From a virus: a stretch of 64,000 nucleotides of DNA. The notes under the pieces were generated by a model. The model saw only the letters and a list, made by a program, of their open reading frames with translations. It had not been told where the DNA came from and searched no databases. This document shows positions 61,684-64,000 of this stretch, piece after piece. The stretch is taken from IMG/VR virus record IMGVR_UViG_3300023094_000009, positions 32,001 to 96,000 of that record; one strand, written 5' to 3'. Numbering within the stretch: position 1 is the stretch's first letter; each line of letters starts with the position of its first letter. The translations under genes and the position numbers were made by a program.

Positions 61684-61729
61684 CAAAGATATGTATTTAT
61701 CTTTGATGTGGTTGTTAATGAAATGTTAT
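61684..61729 (-). promoter_or_regulatory. promoter with TAAC-N6-TTAAC box pointing into the transposon
   Basis: minus strand ATAACatttcaTTAACA, 21 nt, TATCTTTG. Confidence 0.7.
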
Positions 61730-61733
61730 TTGT

Positions 61734-64000
61734 TTACTCTACTATAAATAAATTTTCCAAATACTTAGAAAATAATTCTTCTTTAATTTGCTTCGACTTT
61801 CCGTATATTTCAGGAACGTCCCCACTGACGGATAGAATCTCTTTACCTGTATCACCAATAGAAATTTCTTGTCCTTGGCTGTTTTTCATTACATAATGGT
61901 AAGTTTCACTACCTTCGATAGGCTTTACGTAAAACTTAGTATTACCGTCATAGAAGTTGTAAACGAGTGTATTGAGTTGTTGTAAGGCTTGTGGATTATT
62001 TGATGCTTGTCTCTGTGCCTCTTGAATATTATTAGTCAACAATGCGCTTGGCTTAGAATTCCTGCTGTCGCCTTTTGGGTAATTGGTGTACCCACTGGCA
62101 CCCAACTCAATACTACCTGCCCTCTCTTTAAGAGTTGTGTTATATGGAGAGTTGTAATAGTCTGCTGCATTTATACCTAATTCCTTTGAAGTAAACATCA
62201 ATGGAGTTGTACCATCTTTCATTGTAACTTTTTGCTTAACAGTCTTTTTTTCTTGACCTGTTCCAGTGGTTACATCTGTCCACAAAGTCCAATTATCCGT
62301 AACTCTCCCATCTTTTATTTCTGGATATAATTGAGGGATTCCTTTCGTATCAATTGCGTATTTGGTGGATATTAGTTTTTCTGTCTTAGATCCTGGTTGT
62401 ATGTTTAGCGGTGTGTAACTTAATTCTACCGATTTATTAGCCATAGCCACAGAGGTCAGTCTGTTTACTGCTGACAATCTGGTATTTAGTGTACCTCCTA
62501 CATCACCCCATCCATCAGTCCACCCCAGACCTGATAGTTCTGTGTCTTGCGTGAATAGTGTTCCATACTCAGGATTATCACCATTATCTCCTATCATATC
62601 TCCTCCGTACCCGTTCAAGCCAGATTCTTCTTTGGGAGGTAAGTATCTGCTTACAGCTGGCATTGTATTTACAGCTTTAACTCCTAATTTTTTTACAACC
62701 TCCTCCTGTAAAGAAGCATACATCTGTTGCTTTTGCCATGTCCCCGCTTTTACACCTTTATCTGATATAATACCTTTGGTTGTATAAGTTTTCAAGGTCA
62801 TTTCCTCTTCAGGAGTTAATTTCAATCCTTTGGTGGATTTGTACATGAGAAGTTTGTAATTGGATGTTTTTGCGCCTGGCATTATTCCATCCTTATATAT
62901 GTAATTTCCATTAGAGGATTTTTCAAAATAGAAATTCTCTTTGGTAAAGTTCAATCTTCTTTGCTGATCCCCACTTTCACTATAATGCTTAACTAAATCA
63001 GCTGTTGTTGCATCTATCAGTTTAGTATATTCCTCCCTTGCCTTTCTTGTAGGGGCAGAACCATCTATCATTGTTTTTTTGAAGTTATCCAATGCAGTAT
63101 AGACCTGTGCCCTATTCTGGTCATTTATGGTTATTTTTTTACCTGCAATTTCTATTTCTTGCAGAGTTCCAATATCTACATTTGTAAGATCCTGTACTAA
63201 TTTCGCGGTGTTACCTTTACCCATAATGCCTCCAACCAAGTCATTCACGCCTTTGACAGCTTCTCTTTGAAATTCTGCCTCTCGTTGAGTTTGACTGTAT
63301 TCCCCCCTTTCTTCACTTCCTATCACTTCAGAGGCTCCATATTGTATGTCACCTAAGTTTACTCCTGTGGCATTAGGATCAGCAAGAGTTCCGTCTTGCA
63401 TTGCTTTTATCATATTAAGCTCTAGTTGTTGAGATCGTATCAACAATCCTTCTCTGCCCTGTTGCTCCATTTCTTGGGCATGTCTGACACTCTCTTCATA
63501 CTTTCGTATATTGAGTTTTACATCTTCAACCTTAGTTTCCGTTATTCGGGGAGGTTGATAATTCAATGAAGTGAGATTTTCAAATTCTACTTCCCTGTTA
63601 AATGTTTTGTATACATTTTGATATTTGACTGGATCTACAAATCCATTTTGGTCTATTACTTCACTGTCAAAGTTCCTTGTCTTGTTATTTTCAAGGGTCT
63701 GTGTCAATTCAGCTATTCTGCTCTGTACTTCTTGCTTGTCCCTTCCTTCAGGTAGTTTTCTCAACTCGCCTTCTAAAATATCTTTTTCCTGAGAAAGGCT
63801 TTTATTCAGATTATCATAGAGGCTGTTATAGTTATTTCGTAGGTTATCTACCACCATAGGATTGCTTTCATCGCCATACTTAGCCCAAGCATTTATATCC
63901 ATTTGTCTTACCCCATCTTCTCCTATCTGAGCTAAAACAGCTTGTTTTAATCGGTTTTTATCTGTTGTTCCTTCATAGGTGTTTACATAGTCGAAATAAT
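61734..64000 (-). CDS. large putative virion protein, 5'-truncated by the window edge
   Basis: frame stays open upstream of ATG 63902 to the window end. Confidence 0.65.
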   Translation of the reverse strand, partial: YFDYVNTYEGTTDKNRLKQAVLAQIGEDGVRQMDINAWAKYGDESNPMVVDNLRNNYNSLYDNLNKSLSQEKDILEGELRKLPEGRDKQEVQSRIAELTQTLENNKTRNFDSEVIDQNGFVDPVKYQNVYKTFNREVEFENLTSLNYQPPRITETKVEDVKLNIRKYEESVRHAQEMEQQGREGLLIRSQQLELNMIKAMQDGTLADPNATGVNLGDIQYGASEVIGSEERGEYSQTQREAEFQREAVKGVNDLVGGIMGKGNTAKLVQDLTNVDIGTLQEIEIAGKKITINDQNRAQVYTALDNFKKTMIDGSAPTRKAREEYTKLIDATTADLVKHYSESGDQQRRLNFTKENFYFEKSSNGNYIYKDGIMPGAKTSNYKLLMYKSTKGLKLTPEEEMTLKTYTTKGIISDKGVKAGTWQKQQMYASLQEEVVKKLGVKAVNTMPAVSRYLPPKEESGLNGYGGDMIGDNGDNPEYGTLFTQDTELSGLGWTDGWGDVGGTLNTRLSAVNRLTSVAMANKSVELSYTPLNIQPGSKTEKLISTKYAIDTKGIPQLYPEIKDGRVTDNWTLWTDVTTGTGQEKKTVKQKVTMKDGTTPLMFTSKELGINAADYYNSPYNTTLKERAGSIELGASGYTNYPKGDSRNSKPSALLTNNIQEAQRQASNNPQALQQLNTLVYNFYDGNTKFYVKPIEGSETYHYVMKNSQGQEISIGDTGKEILSVSGDVPEIYGKSKQIKEELFSKYLENLFIVE

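Noticed and set aside
1-64000. Stop-codon reassignment (TAG/TGA) as in some crAss-like phages
   Set aside because: Long genes are intact in the standard code and TAG, TGA and TAA all end well-coupled genes; the only internal stop seen is one TAA
1-64000. CRISPR array, tRNA or rRNA genes
   Set aside because: No regularly spaced repeats or cloverleaf/rRNA signatures found by eye; tRNAscan would be needed to exclude tRNAs

Overview
This window is a 64 kb segment of a large, AT-rich dsDNA phage or prophage, most likely of a Bacteroidota host. Evidence for the host is the TAnnTTTG -7 promoters, a DUF4494-like gene, a BT4734-like primase and a T9SS C-terminal domain; translation uses the standard code. 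From 1 to 41.4 kb is a dense + strand early/replication arm with dozens of small hypothetical genes, thioredoxin plus a class Id-type ribonucleotide reductase (nrdB/nrdA), a DnaB-like helicase, a family A DNA polymerase, a primase-like protein, an SF2 helicase, DenV, an LMW phosphatase, four homing endonucleases and a host-type CUB-domain T9SS cargo protein. From 41.4 to 64 kb is a - strand arm of very large putative virion/ejection proteins (1895, 721, 1885 and >750 aa). That arm is interrupted at 55799-61662 by an inverted-repeat-bounded IS1595-family element carrying passenger genes (ClpP-like SDH peptidase, SRAP, XRE, lipoprotein). The most unusual signals are non-coding. (i) A bipartite motif TTTTCAGT-(T-rich)-CG-cluster-AAA recurs more than 20 times on both strands, even inside genes, and almost only in the early arm. 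(ii) A TTAAC-N6-TTAAC direct-repeat box sits at a fixed 21-22 (or 32) nt upstream of the -7 element in about 8 promoters. All assignments come from motif recognition by eye; no database searches were run.
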